Virus record (IMG/VR): IMGVR_UViG_3300031890_000412
Span: 1 to 64,000 of that record
DNA: 64,000 nucleotides
Origin: an uncultured virus (IMG/VR IMGVR_UViG_3300031890_000412)
Lineage: Duplodnaviria > Heunggongvirae > Uroviricota > Caudoviricetes
Reading direction: 5' to 3' (one strand)
The notes under the pieces are model-generated. The model saw only the letters and a list, made by a program, of their open reading frames with translations. It had not been told where the DNA came from and did no database searches. The position numbers were made by a program, and so were the translations under genes. Below are positions 53,175 through 62,929 of this stretch, one piece after another (position 1 is the first letter of the stretch; the number at the start of each line of letters is the position of its first letter).

Positions 53175-54415
53175 TCGTCTAACACCCTGTCCATCGAAAT
53201 CTCGGTGCGCCCGAACAGGTGCCAGTTCAACAGCCAGCTGGCGGTGCGCGATCGCCGGGCCCCTAGCAGCCGCATCTGCATCTGGTTGGCCTGCTCCATC
53301 TCGGCGTTACGCCACAGCCCCAGACACAGATCCGACGTCGCCTCCACCTCGGTGGCGTTAGCGAAGCTGTCCAGGCCCACCCCCTCATGGCGGCGCTGGC
53401 TCTCCCGGTTGAACTGGACGGCCAGCACGCACGGCACCCTGCCCGCCGACGCCCTACCGATCTCGGCTTTGAGCTGGCGCATGATCACACTGTGGTGCTC
53501 TTTGAGGTCGCGCACCCGCCGCGCGGGCTCCATAAAAGACAGCTGGTCGATGATCGGATAGGGCGCGTCGGCGTAGCGGGCCCGATTGACGATGGCCGCC
53601 ACGGTGCGGTCGCCTTCCTCAGGGGCCTCGACCTTAAGCCCACCCAGATCGGCCAACTCCTCCTGGCACGCCGCCAGGTGGCGCATCTCGTCCATGTTCA
53701 GCTTGGACTTGGACAGCCGGTCATAGCTGATGCCGCTGAACATGGCGTCCAGCCGGTCTTCGATCTCCTCCTTGGGCATTTCCAGGCTGAAGAAAATCGG
53801 CACGAGGCCGGAGCGCCGGGCGGCGATCGCGACGTTGGCCAGCCACATCGTCTTGCCGGTCTTGGAGTAGGCGCCCACCACGCACAGCTCGCCAGGTAGT
53901 AGTCCGCCGACGTGGTCGTCGAGCGCGGGGATCCCCAGCGTCACACCCCGGCGCTGGCCTTCGGCGCGTTCTAGGTAGCGGGTGCGCCGCTCGACGATGT
54001 TGAGCGCCATATCAGATCGGCTATATCGGGGCGTGACATTCTCGGCCATGGAGTGGAATTCACTGCGCAGAAAGCGCACCGCCTCCTGTGGGTCAGCATG
54101 CGCGATCTTGGCGCCTTCCAGCATCTTTTCCTGGATCGCGGTGTTAGCGAAGTCGTTTTTGAGCTGCTCGGTAGCCCAGGTGGTGGACAAGTCCTCGTCG
54201 ATAGGCAGCTCGATGCCGGGGAACTGCTTGGTCAGTACGGCCAACGTTGGCATCATCCGCTGCTGCTCGGTGTGCCAGTAGTCGACCATGAAGTCGAACA
54301 TCGCCTTGCACACCAACTCGGTGAAGTGCACGCTGCGCAGCCCCAACTCCCACGCGGTGACCATCTCGCGATTGCTGGTCAAATTGGCCAGCAGGCGCCG
54401 TTCCAGCTCGCTCAT
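53171..54415 (-). CDS. dnaB: DnaB-like replicative helicase
   Basis: GAYSKTGKT, FFSLEM, IIDQL, VQFNRE. Confidence 0.9.
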   Translation of the reverse strand: MSELERRLLANLTSNREMVTAWELGLRSVHFTELVCKAMFDFMVDYWHTEQQRMMPTLAVLTKQFPGIELPIDEDLSTTWATEQLKNDFANTAIQEKMLEGAKIAHADPQEAVRFLRSEFHSMAENVTPRYSRSDMALNIVERRTRYLERAEGQRRGVTLGIPALDDHVGGLLPGELCVVGAYSKTGKTMWLANVAIAARRSGLVPIFFSLEMPKEEIEDRLDAMFSGISYDRLSKSKLNMDEMRHLAACQEELADLGGLKVEAPEEGDRTVAAIVNRARYADAPYPIIDQLSFMEPARRVRDLKEHHSVIMRQLKAEIGRASAGRVPCVLAVQFNRESQRRHEGVGLDSFANATEVEATSDLCLGLWRNAEMEQANQMQMRLLGARRSRTASWLLNWHLFGRTEISMDRVLDE

Positions 54416-55191
54416 ACGATCGGTCGCCGCTTCTCTCCGACATCGACCTCGTCGTTTTCCAGCCTGAAATTGATGAGCCCGTAATCGGCGCCCTTCACCT
54501 CCACGTGGAAACAGGACCTCTTGAGCTGGCTTAACACCGCGCCACCGTAGCCCAGGTCGAGGTTGTCAGGCTCGATGTTGGTGGTCAGGATCGTCGGGCG
54601 GGCGTTCTGGGCACGATCGCGCAGAATGTGGTCAAAGGTGGTCTGCGGCAGGTTGTGGCTGGACCGTCCCTCCTTACCCAAGTCGTCGAGCAGCAGCACC
54701 TGGGTGTACATGAACCTGTCCTCGAACCACTGCTTCTTCGACTTGTCTCCCCAGGTGGCGGTGAACGCCTCGATCATCTTGGAGAAAGTGGTGGCGTAGC
54801 ACCTCACGCCTTGGCGGACCAGATGCTTGAGGATCATGTTGGCCAGGAACGTCTTGCCGGTGCCGAGAGGCCCCCACAGAATGACCCCCATCCCCCGATC
54901 GACGTAAGCCTCCCAGTTCTGCAGGTAGTGGTCGACCGCCTTGTAAGCCTCTTCGTCACCGTGCCAGTCGGCCACGCTGGACCGCTGGAAAATTTTCCCG
55001 ATCCCGGCGGCGGTGTAGTGCTTGGCCAGCTGCTTCTGACGCTGGCAGTCGCAGTTGCGATCTTTACCCTGCCAGCGGTAAGTGCCCTTGTTGGCGCAGG
55101 TGGGACAAGTGGTCTTCAGATCCGGCCAGACCTGGTAGACGCGCTCGGCCTCCTCGGTGGACAACGCCAGATCGATCGAATCCCCGCTCAC
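54412..55191 (-). CDS. dnaC: DnaC-like helicase loader (AAA+)
   Basis: CPTC...CDC, GPLGTGKT, LLLDDLG, TILTTN. Confidence 0.88.
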   Translation of the reverse strand: MSGDSIDLALSTEEAERVYQVWPDLKTTCPTCANKGTYRWQGKDRNCDCQRQKQLAKHYTAAGIGKIFQRSSVADWHGDEEAYKAVDHYLQNWEAYVDRGMGVILWGPLGTGKTFLANMILKHLVRQGVRCYATTFSKMIEAFTATWGDKSKKQWFEDRFMYTQVLLLDDLGKEGRSSHNLPQTTFDHILRDRAQNARPTILTTNIEPDNLDLGYGGAVLSQLKRSCFHVEVKGADYGLINFRLENDEVDVGEKRRPIV

Positions 55192-56249
55192 AGCAGCTCT
55201 CCCATCTCGATGCACGCCGCCGCTATCGCGTCCACGGCCACCCGCACCTGCTGCACGGTGACGGTCAGCGGCGGGGACAGCCGCAGAGTGGGCTGGATAA
55301 GCAGCCCCGCGTGGCGGCAGCGGCGGCGGAAATCCTGTGCCTGGCTCGGGGCGTTGAGTTTGATGGTGCGGATCAGCCCGATGCCCGGGGTGGAATGCAG
55401 GATGTCGCTGAACTGCTCGCGCACCGTTTCCAGGTCGGTGCGCAGCGTGTCGGCCACGTTGCGGACCTGCGCCAGCAACGAATCGTTGATGCGCGGCACG
55501 ATCGCATTGCCCACCGCGCAGGCGATCGGATTCGGGGTGGGCGCAACGTGCGCGATCAGCTGGCGGAAAGCATCCGACTCGAACAACGGACCTGGCGCCA
55601 ACACCGCGTTGCACGGCAGGCCCCCGGTGCCCGCCGAACCGAGCAGGATGACGTCGGGGGTGACGTGGTACTGCTCGAACAGACCGAACGTGCCGGTGCG
55701 CCCAAAGCCGGTGTCCAGCTCGTCGGCAATGATCTTCAGCCGCTGCGCGCGGGCCCGGTGCACCTCATCCTGCACCTCGCCGCCTTCACGTGGCACCCCT
55801 TCGGGATCCAGCAGGCTCAGGAAGTAGCCGCCTTGCGACGGTGGGCAAATGCAGATCTGGGCGGCGGTCATGCGCGCCTCGTAGATCGACGGCGTGAACA
55901 TCACCTTCAGCGGCTGGCCGTCCTTCTGCGGAAAGCGCTCGGAGAGCAGCGCGGCGTAGTCGGCCACCAGCCGGTCCTGGTAATCACCGTAATCACCGAA
56001 CCAGGTGTGCTCCTGCAGCTGCACCAGCGCCATGTTGGCCACCTCGGGGTCACGGTGCCCGAACAACAGCTGAGAGCCGCCGTTGAAGTCCAGGTACTGC
56101 TCGCCGTACTCGTCCATGATGGTCGCGCCGATACCGCGTCCCATCGGGTGCAACAGGGACCCGGGATTCAGACCGGCCAGATAGGTCAGGCACTTCCGGC
56201 GGCCCTCCGCGAAATGTTGGTCAAGCAGGTCCTTGGCCGACTGATCCAT
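55188..56249 (-). CDS. Class III aminotransferase-like protein lacking the catalytic Lys
   Basis: G.GA...DEYGEQYLDF, FGHRDP, IIADELDTGFGRTG, PDVILLGS..TGGLP, LRLSPPL. Confidence 0.75.
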   Translation of the reverse strand: MDQSAKDLLDQHFAEGRRKCLTYLAGLNPGSLLHPMGRGIGATIMDEYGEQYLDFNGGSQLLFGHRDPEVANMALVQLQEHTWFGDYGDYQDRLVADYAALLSERFPQKDGQPLKVMFTPSIYEARMTAAQICICPPSQGGYFLSLLDPEGVPREGGEVQDEVHRARAQRLKIIADELDTGFGRTGTFGLFEQYHVTPDVILLGSAGTGGLPCNAVLAPGPLFESDAFRQLIAHVAPTPNPIACAVGNAIVPRINDSLLAQVRNVADTLRTDLETVREQFSDILHSTPGIGLIRTIKLNAPSQAQDFRRRCRHAGLLIQPTLRLSPPLTVTVQQVRVAVDAIAAACIEMGELL

Positions 56250-56796
56250 TCTTCGACGATGCCTTCGCTTTAGTCTTACGTTTACGCCGCGTCTTCTTCG
56301 GTGGCTCCGGCGCCCACCGGCCGGTCTTGGCCAGTTGAACGCGCCTGACAACCTCCTGCAACTGGTCGATGGAACGCATGCCGCCCTTCTGGTACAGCGA
56401 CACCGCCATGTTCTGGATGACTTCGAGGTTGAACCGCCGGATCCCTTTCTTGCCGTGGCGCTCGGGCTCGATCGGACGGGGCTCGGGATTCTCGGGATCC
56501 AGCGGGGGATGATCGGGATCGTCCAGCGCGTAGTAGAACCAGCCGCCGCCGCCGTCGTCGCGCGAGCGCATCGCCCAGTACATCCACTGCGGGCTCTTAC
56601 CGAAAAACTGCGCGGCCTCCTCGGTGTTGTAGACGCGCTCGATCCCCGACAGGTCGACGTCGATCGTCTCGATCTGCCGGAACACCTCGGCCACCGCTTC
56701 GACGGGGATGGCCAGGCCCCGCCCGCTGGCTGATGCCGCGAACTGACGTGCGGCTGTGATAGCCCAGTCCTCCGAGCCAGCTTTTTCACGCTCCAT
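56221..56796 (-). CDS. MerR/Xis-like HTH DNA-binding protein
   Basis: VYNTEEAAQFFGKSPQWMYW...GIRRFNLEVI; basic tail. Confidence 0.65.
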   Translation of the reverse strand: MEREKAGSEDWAITAARQFAASASGRGLAIPVEAVAEVFRQIETIDVDLSGIERVYNTEEAAQFFGKSPQWMYWAMRSRDDGGGGWFYYALDDPDHPPLDPENPEPRPIEPERHGKKGIRRFNLEVIQNMAVSLYQKGGMRSIDQLQEVVRRVQLAKTGRWAPEPPKKTRRKRKTKAKASSKNGSVGQGPA

Positions 56797-56810
56797 TACC
56801 GCTCCCGGGG

Positions 56811-57554
56811 TCAGGTCATCTTCCTGTCGTTGAGGCGCGGTGCCTTGGGCTCGCCGAAGGTCATGCACTCTCCAATGGTGTTGTAGAGCACAGGATCTTG
56901 CTCGGCCCGGTCGAACAGCTTCTTGAGGCTGAAGGTGTATTCGACGTGTGCCGGTACCTCCTCAGCCTCGCAGATCTCCTGCCAGACCTCCTCGCCCACC
57001 CGCATGCGCAGACGGCCCTCGTCCAGGGTGGGGTCGGTGTACCCCGCGCCTTCGCGCGAGAACTTCCGGCCGAACTCGGGTACATCCAGGGTGGCGTTGT
57101 GATTCTGTGGATCCTTGACACCCTCGACGGCCAGCTGCGCATCCATGTGCGCGAACACCGCTACCTTGAGGACACCCTTGTTGTAGACGTCGAGAAGCTC
57201 GGTGGCTTCCTTGGCGCCCAGCCGGATGTCCATCAACGCCGCAGCCTGCTCAGCCGACAATGCTCCATCGTGCGTGGAGAGGTCCAAGGCGGTGATTTTG
57301 TTGACGAGCTGGCCCAGCCGCTCGCCCATGGCGATGAGGGCATCCATGCCACCCTCACCTTTTGCGTATTCGTCGAGCATCCGCTTGTACTCGGCCTTGC
57401 GTGCGGCCACCGTGGACGCCGACGATTCGTCCGCCAACGTCTCGGCGGAAGCCTTTTTGCGGAAGGTTTCCATCGCGATGGCGACGTCCCCACCGGCTGC
57501 CCGCAACAGCTCACCGATGGGGCTGAGAGCGATTTCGCTCTTTTCAACTGTCAT
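56811..57554 (-). CDS. Hypothetical protein
   Basis: 247-aa ORF behind GGAGACACAC. Confidence 0.65.
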   Translation of the reverse strand: MTVEKSEIALSPIGELLRAAGGDVAIAMETFRKKASAETLADESSASTVAARKAEYKRMLDEYAKGEGGMDALIAMGERLGQLVNKITALDLSTHDGALSAEQAAALMDIRLGAKEATELLDVYNKGVLKVAVFAHMDAQLAVEGVKDPQNHNATLDVPEFGRKFSREGAGYTDPTLDEGRLRMRVGEEVWQEICEAEEVPAHVEYTFSLKKLFDRAEQDPVLYNTIGECMTFGEPKAPRLNDRKMT

Positions 57555-57617
57555 GTGTGTCTCCTTTTCCTACAACTTTAGTCTAACGTAGGCCCAAGAC
57601 ATGCCCAAAGGACCGAT

Positions 57618-59572
57618 CTATCTGCCGCCTTGGCGCTGTTTGACGATCTCGCGCTGGGCGATCTGCACCATCTCTTCGAGCACCGGCGCCAGCACGCCGG
57701 TCTGGATCATCTGGAACGCCAGCTTGATCTCCTCCTGGGTGGGGATGGGATCGACCCACACCCCGTTGCGCTCCCAGCCCTTCCAGCCGATGGACGCCTC
57801 GGTACCCGGCTTGAGCCATTGGTCGGTGGTGCCGTTGACCGTGAGGGTGGCATCCATACGCACAGTCAATTTGAAGGAGTCGATACGGGTGGGTGGCTCG
57901 GGGTCGCTCACAACCGGGCCTCTTCGTTGATCTGGACCTCGGCGGCGATCTGCTTCAGCTCGTAAGTCCACAGCCGGTCTTCAATCTCTTGGCGCCTGAA
58001 GTAGTCGGGGTCGTCGAACACCGGCCACCATTTGATCAGCAGCACCAGGTACACGGCCAGTGCGATCAGGATCGCGCTCACCGCCACGGTTTCAAGGACT
58101 TCCATTGTGTGTCTCCTCTGCTTGGCGCTGCAGCTCGTCGATCTTGAGCAGCGTCACGTCCTCCACCAGTCGGCGTTCGACCGGCGTAAGATCCTCCATC
58201 ATCTCCTGGCCGTAGACCCAGTGTTCGGCCAGCACCGCCAGCATCTGAGCCAGCAGATACGCCGGAAACCGGCCCTGCCGGGCCTCGACGAACTGCACCG
58301 AGCGCCGCAATGCCTCGCCGGGGGTGAGCAGCCTGCCGTGCAGAACCAGCTGCCCCTCGGCGCCCTCCACCCAGTCCTCCAAGAACGTCAGGAAAGCCAC
58401 GCTGATCTCGCCGCCGCCAGCCAGCGCCGCCCGGCGCCCCTGCCAGCTGTCGGTGTCACGCGTCTTCACGGCGGCAAGCCTCTAGGACGCGCTCGATGCC
58501 CGGGCGCGACGTCGGAATGGAGACGTGCGGGAAGTTTTTCTCCGGCATGTACGGCTTGGACGTCAGGTGATAGTGCTCGGCGTGCTCGCACTTGTACACC
58601 CGCTGCTCGCACCTCTGGCCCACCGCCCGCTGAATGCGTTTCAGCGCCTCTTTCGCATCGGCATGCGTCCGGTAGCCCAGCTTGCCGCCCGACGGCTCGC
58701 AGGGGCCTATGTCGAGGATTCTGGACATGCCGGAATGGCTGCGCCGGGACCGTTTGGAGCGCTGCTCCTTACCATGGCTGCTCACGGCTCGACAACTTTC
58801 AGCTCGGACCAGTTGTGCACCGCCAGGGCGCCGGGGCGGTCGTCGAACTCCACCATGGCGAAGTGCACATTGCGCTCGGACAGCCCCTGCGGACCGGCGT
58901 TGCAGCGCATCGTCAGCGGCAGCGGGTCGGCGGTCAGTCCCAGCTTCACCGCGATCTCATAGTCGCTCTCCTGCGAATAACGAGCCTTGGCCTCCCGGCT
59001 GGGTTTCCAGACCGTGCCCACATGGATGCCCACCGAGCAGCCCATCGACAGGCACTTGTATTCGACTCTCACTTTGTTTCCTTCCCGAGCAGGCTCGTGA
59101 TCCGGCTGGCGCTCATATGAACTCCAACATCATCGGGTGGGTGGCTTTGGCGATGCGGTCGGCGCCATAGCGCACGTACACATAGGGATCGTTGACGTGG
59201 CTGATCACGCCGTACTCGGGCTGGTGGTCGGTGTCGTGGATCTGGAAGACCACCTGGGCACCGATGCGTTCCTCGGCTTCGTCGAGTCTCATGGCCATGG
59301 CCCCCATCATCACGCGAAGAGGAACGCCAAGACGACAAATAGGAACAAGCCCACCATGATGAAGGTGCCGAACACCGCGCATCCCAGCAGGTAGCCCCGA
59401 GTGAAGTTGGTGAAAATTTCCTCGGCCACACCTGGTTTGCGACGCGCCGGTGGCAGTGCTCGCGCCCGAGGCGCCGCGTAATAGTGCAGGTGCAGGATCT
59501 GGTCGTTCACGACGCCTCTCGCTTCACCGTCTGAGGCCCACCGCGCTCGTCGGTTACCTGCGTTTCGTGCAT
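57618..59572 (-). other. Run of small coupled hypothetical genes (57618..57911, 57908..58105, 58092..58469, 58456..58785, 58782..59072, 59310..59510, 59507..59572)
   Basis: Overlapping start/stop codons; 58456..58785 has VYKCEH..HYHLTS. Confidence 0.6.
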
Positions 59573-59598
59573 TGGTGTGTGTCTCCTGTCGTGTATAT

Positions 59599-59629
59599 CT
59601 TCTAATTTACCTATAATACTGCTCTAATG
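59599..59629. promoter_or_regulatory. 11-bp-phased CTAAT triple repeat / promoter
   Basis: Plus-strand TTCTAAT 59600, CTATAAT 59611, CTCTAAT 59622. Confidence 0.65.
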
Positions 59630-59635
59630 CCAGGC

Positions 59636-59971
59636 CTACCCCGGCGCCGTATGCGTGATCGGAACCGGCCGCCATGGGACCTTGGTCCGATTTCCTGGTT
59701 GCATCAGCTTCATGATTTCGCCCAGCTCGTATTCGCGCATATCCAGCTGACGGCGCAGCTCGGCCAGCCGGGAAACCTTGGCATTGGTCTCGGTGGCCAA
59801 CCTCAAACGGCGCTGGGCTGCCTCCCGGGCCCGCAGTGCCGCCTCGTAACGGCGCTGCAGCCGATTGGTGGCGTAGTCCACCTCGATCTGATAACGCTCG
59901 CTGATCGGATCGCTATGCAGCTCGTAAGCCTGCGGCGGAACGCGATGACGACTCTTATGCTTCTTGGCCAC
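59636..59971 (-). CDS. Basic coiled-coil hypothetical protein
   Basis: 111-aa ORF. Confidence 0.55.
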   Translation of the reverse strand: MAKKHKSRHRVPPQAYELHSDPISERYQIEVDYATNRLQRRYEAALRAREAAQRRLRLATETNAKVSRLAELRRQLDMREYELGEIMKLMQPGNRTKVPWRPVPITHTAPG

Positions 59972-60680
59972 GATCCTTAAGCCCTTCGATCAGTTTGTCG
60001 CGGACATCCTCAGGGGTCTCGTCGTTGCGGGAATCTTTGAAGGCCAGGACGGGTTCGAGGTCCCCGGTCTTGCGGGCGGCCTCGATGCGGTCGAAGTAGG
60101 CCCGCATGGCAAAAACCCGGCGCATCAGCGAGTTCTTCATGCGCCCTTTCTCTAACCGCCGGGTGGCCTCCCGAGAGGTCTGCGGGGGCAGCGGCATGCC
60201 GCCACGCAAATGAGAGGCACCTGATCCAGCCAGACGCCACCTGGTGCCTTCGCATCGGGCGAAGAACTCCTGGATCTGCTCCCACTCCTTGAAGAACAAC
60301 GTGGCGATCTCCCAGTGCATCGAGAGCCAGTATTCGTGGGACTCGGAATCCCGTTCCATCTGCAGCGGCGCCGGGGTGCCGAACTTATTGCGGTGCATGA
60401 TCTCCCAGACCAGCACGGCATAACGCATCCGGTCGGCGTCATGTTGATAGGCCATCGACACCAGCTGATCGCGCAGGTGCTCCTTCTCCCGTTTGGATAG
60501 CCCAGTGGCGGCAGCCATCGCCTTGGAGTGGATCCCGGCCCGAACCTCGTTGATCTCCTTCTTCACCGCCGACAGCTGCTCGGTCAGCTCCTTGATCTTG
60601 GCGTGGGCCTGCTGCAGAGCCTCGGATTCGAGCACCTTGAGCCGGGAATCGGCACGCTGGGCGTATTTCCCCTTCGTCAC
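59955..60680 (-). CDS. Hypothetical protein, N-terminal coiled coil
   Basis: 241-aa ORF. Confidence 0.6.
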   Translation of the reverse strand: MTKGKYAQRADSRLKVLESEALQQAHAKIKELTEQLSAVKKEINEVRAGIHSKAMAAATGLSKREKEHLRDQLVSMAYQHDADRMRYAVLVWEIMHRNKFGTPAPLQMERDSESHEYWLSMHWEIATLFFKEWEQIQEFFARCEGTRWRLAGSGASHLRGGMPLPPQTSREATRRLEKGRMKNSLMRRVFAMRAYFDRIEAARKTGDLEPVLAFKDSRNDETPEDVRDKLIEGLKDRGQEA

Positions 60681-60740
60681 TATCCGGCCCCCTGCTCCAT
60701 CTCGATCAACTCGCCATCCTGGGGAGGACCCCTTTTATGT

Positions 60741-60771
60741 CCTCTAATTTACACACAATGTTGATCTAATG
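60741..60771. promoter_or_regulatory. 11-bp-phased CTAAT triple repeat / promoter
   Basis: Plus-strand CTCTAAT 60742, ACACAAT 60753, ATCTAAT 60764; homologous to the 59599 site. Confidence 0.65.
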
Positions 60772-60789
60772 ATAGTGAGACGGTTCTTT

Positions 60790-62268
60790 TTACCAGCTCA
60801 GCACCATGCCGCCCTCGTCCTCCTCGGGCCCGGCGGTGTCCACCAGGTCGTCGATCCAGGACACCGCCGCGCAGTCCAGCACCTCCTTGGCTCGGGTGAC
60901 CGCCACGTAGCCGATCATTGCCTCGGCCTCCGAGATGGTCGGCGTCTCGCCGTCCTCGGTGACGCGCGGGGCGAAGAAGTCCCCGGCCACCTTGACCGTC
61001 TCCCACTGCCGACCCTTGCTCTTGTGCGCGGTGGAGACGATCACGTCGGCGTCGTCCTCGTTGCGGGAGAGTGCGTTGGTGGCTTCCAGGATCCGCTCGA
61101 TGCCATGCTCCTCGATCAGCTTGATCAGCGGCAGCAGGTCGCGGCCCCCCTCCTCCTCGGTGGCGTAGCGCACCACCGAGTCCCAGTCGGGGAAGGCGTA
61201 CAGCTCGGGGTGGTTGGTGGTCTTGCCTTCCCGCAAGTCCCCCGCCGCCCGAGCCAGCCTGCTCAATGCGTCACCGCCGCCCACCAAGGACACCCGACGG
61301 CCCGAGTCCAGCTCGCCCAGCACGTGGCCCATGGCGCCCGCATTCGTGCGGCACAGGATCGCCTTGGGCTTCTCCAAGGTGTCCACCACCGAGTCCATGT
61401 GCGGGTTGCCGATCAGTTCCAGCGGGGTGTGCAGCTGGTGCAGCCATTTGTTGGCCTCGTCCGCGATCGCCTGCCCGAACCGCCAGGACTGCGCCAGATA
61501 GAGCTGACGGGCGTTCTTCCAGCCGCCCAGCGCATCGACCGCCCCGCGCCAGGCATACATCTGCTGGCACGAGTCCCCCACGATGATCTGCTGGGCGTTC
61601 TGATCGCTGATCAGCTTGGCCAGCACCGGGTTGGCGTCCTGCGCCTCATCGAAGTAGATGGTGTAGTAGGGCAGCTCCGGCCGGGTCAACGCCCACATCT
61701 TCAGATAGTGATCGTGCTCGAACGGCATCCAGCCGCTGCGGTCGTTGACGTCGGCCCACCAGCGCTGGGCCAGTGGCAGCACGTTGGCCACCAGGACGGC
61801 GTGGTCGGCCCCGATGATCCCGTTCTGCGGTGGGACGTGGCGGGCGGTGATCTCGTCGTCGGCGCTGTAGCAGAACCGGCGCACCGTGTCCCCGGCGATA
61901 CGCGCCAGGTGGCTGGACTTCACCATGACGTCGCGGCCTAATCGCAGGTTGCGCAGCCCCATCCGTTTGGCCACCTCCCAGCTCGGCTCGCGCTTGCCCG
62001 AGATCCGGTGCCGGAAGTCCTTGCCCACCGCCCCGTAGGCCAGCCCGTGGCTGGTCTTGCAGGTGACGTGCCCGGGGAACTTGCCCGAGGCATCCAGCTG
62101 GATCGGCTTGTTGTAGGCCACGTACAGGCTGCGTTTCGGCAGCTGCTCGGCCACCATCACCAGGGTGGACGTCTTGCCCGTCCCGGCGCCCGCCTGCACG
62201 ACCAGGTTGTCCCCGCTCAGGGCCCCGTCGATGACCGCCTGCTGTTCGGCGGTCGGTGGGTATTCCAT
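60790..62268 (-). CDS. UvrD-like SF1 helicase
   Basis: AGAGTGKT, DEAQD, GDSCQQMYAWRG, STAHKSKG, YVAVTRA. Confidence 0.9.
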   Translation of the reverse strand: MEYPPTAEQQAVIDGALSGDNLVVQAGAGTGKTSTLVMVAEQLPKRSLYVAYNKPIQLDASGKFPGHVTCKTSHGLAYGAVGKDFRHRISGKREPSWEVAKRMGLRNLRLGRDVMVKSSHLARIAGDTVRRFCYSADDEITARHVPPQNGIIGADHAVLVANVLPLAQRWWADVNDRSGWMPFEHDHYLKMWALTRPELPYYTIYFDEAQDANPVLAKLISDQNAQQIIVGDSCQQMYAWRGAVDALGGWKNARQLYLAQSWRFGQAIADEANKWLHQLHTPLELIGNPHMDSVVDTLEKPKAILCRTNAGAMGHVLGELDSGRRVSLVGGGDALSRLARAAGDLREGKTTNHPELYAFPDWDSVVRYATEEEGGRDLLPLIKLIEEHGIERILEATNALSRNEDDADVIVSTAHKSKGRQWETVKVAGDFFAPRVTEDGETPTISEAEAMIGYVAVTRAKEVLDCAAVSWIDDLVDTAGPEEDEGGMVLSW

Positions 62269-62326
62269 GTGTGTCTCCCTTCCTTACAATCTCATGAACG
62301 AGTTTACCCTACAGGTATATTCCCTA

Positions 62327-62923
62327 TCACATCCACTCGGGGCGTATCCGACGCCACCGCTCCACTGTTCCCTGAGGCACCGACCGTTGATATCCCTGAC
62401 GGTGCAACACAGACTTGGATATCCCGAACTCCACCACCACCTCGGCCAGCCTGATCAGTGGCTGGGGATGCAGATTCAGCTCGGGGCGCGGCGCCGGGGC
62501 GGGTTTGTCGCTAACGATGACTGGCTGCAGGGTGGGTGGCTCGGGCTTGGGTTGGCGACGACGCGCGGGACGCTGTCCTTTCGGCCTGGCCCGTCGGGGA
62601 GTCAGGTTGGCGCCGTAAAACCGCAGGAACGTCCTCGTCGCTCGGGTCAGCGTCCAACCCTCGTTCTCCTTGTGCAGCTTGTGCACGAGGTCGTGACAAC
62701 GCTGACACAGCGGAACCAGATCGGAGTCCAACTCAGCTCCCATCCGCCGGTAGGTGTGGTGATGCAGGTGGATGTCGATGACGCTCCCGCACGCCTGGCA
62801 CTGCCTCTTGTGATTGGCATAGAAGGCTGCCTTCCTGCGCTCCCAGCTGGTCGAATTGATGTACTGGGCGTATTCGTCTTTGCTGCGCCTTCTACGGGGC
62901 TCTGAGCGGGTTTGCTGGGGAAT
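62327..62923 (-). CDS. HNH endonuclease with C-terminal HTH-like domain, probable ATT start
   Basis: EYAQYINSTSW...CQACG...HLHHHTYRRMG.E...DLVPLCQRCH..VH. The N-terminal half lies upstream of the first ATG (62743); AGGAG-N7-ATT at 62923. Confidence 0.75.
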   Translation of the reverse strand: MPQQTRSEPRRRRSKDEYAQYINSTSWERRKAAFYANHKRQCQACGSVIDIHLHHHTYRRMGAELDSDLVPLCQRCHDLVHKLHKENEGWTLTRATRTFLRFYGANLTPRRARPKGQRPARRRQPKPEPPTLQPVIVSDKPAPAPRPELNLHPQPLIRLAEVVVEFGISKSVLHRQGYQRSVPQGTVERWRRIRPEWM

Positions 62924-62929
62924 TGGAGT

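Noticed and set aside
44913..54415. Inteins or introns in RecA, DnaE, primase or DnaB
   Set aside because: Lengths are normal and no intein terminal or LAGLIDADG motifs were seen; only a ~40-aa insertion in the DnaE PHP domain.
32..61941. Many long plus-strand ORFs (e.g. 32..1102, 3529..4857, 29123..30586, 51855..53561, 60769..61941)
   Set aside because: Antisense shadows of high-GC minus-strand genes; no motifs or SD sites.
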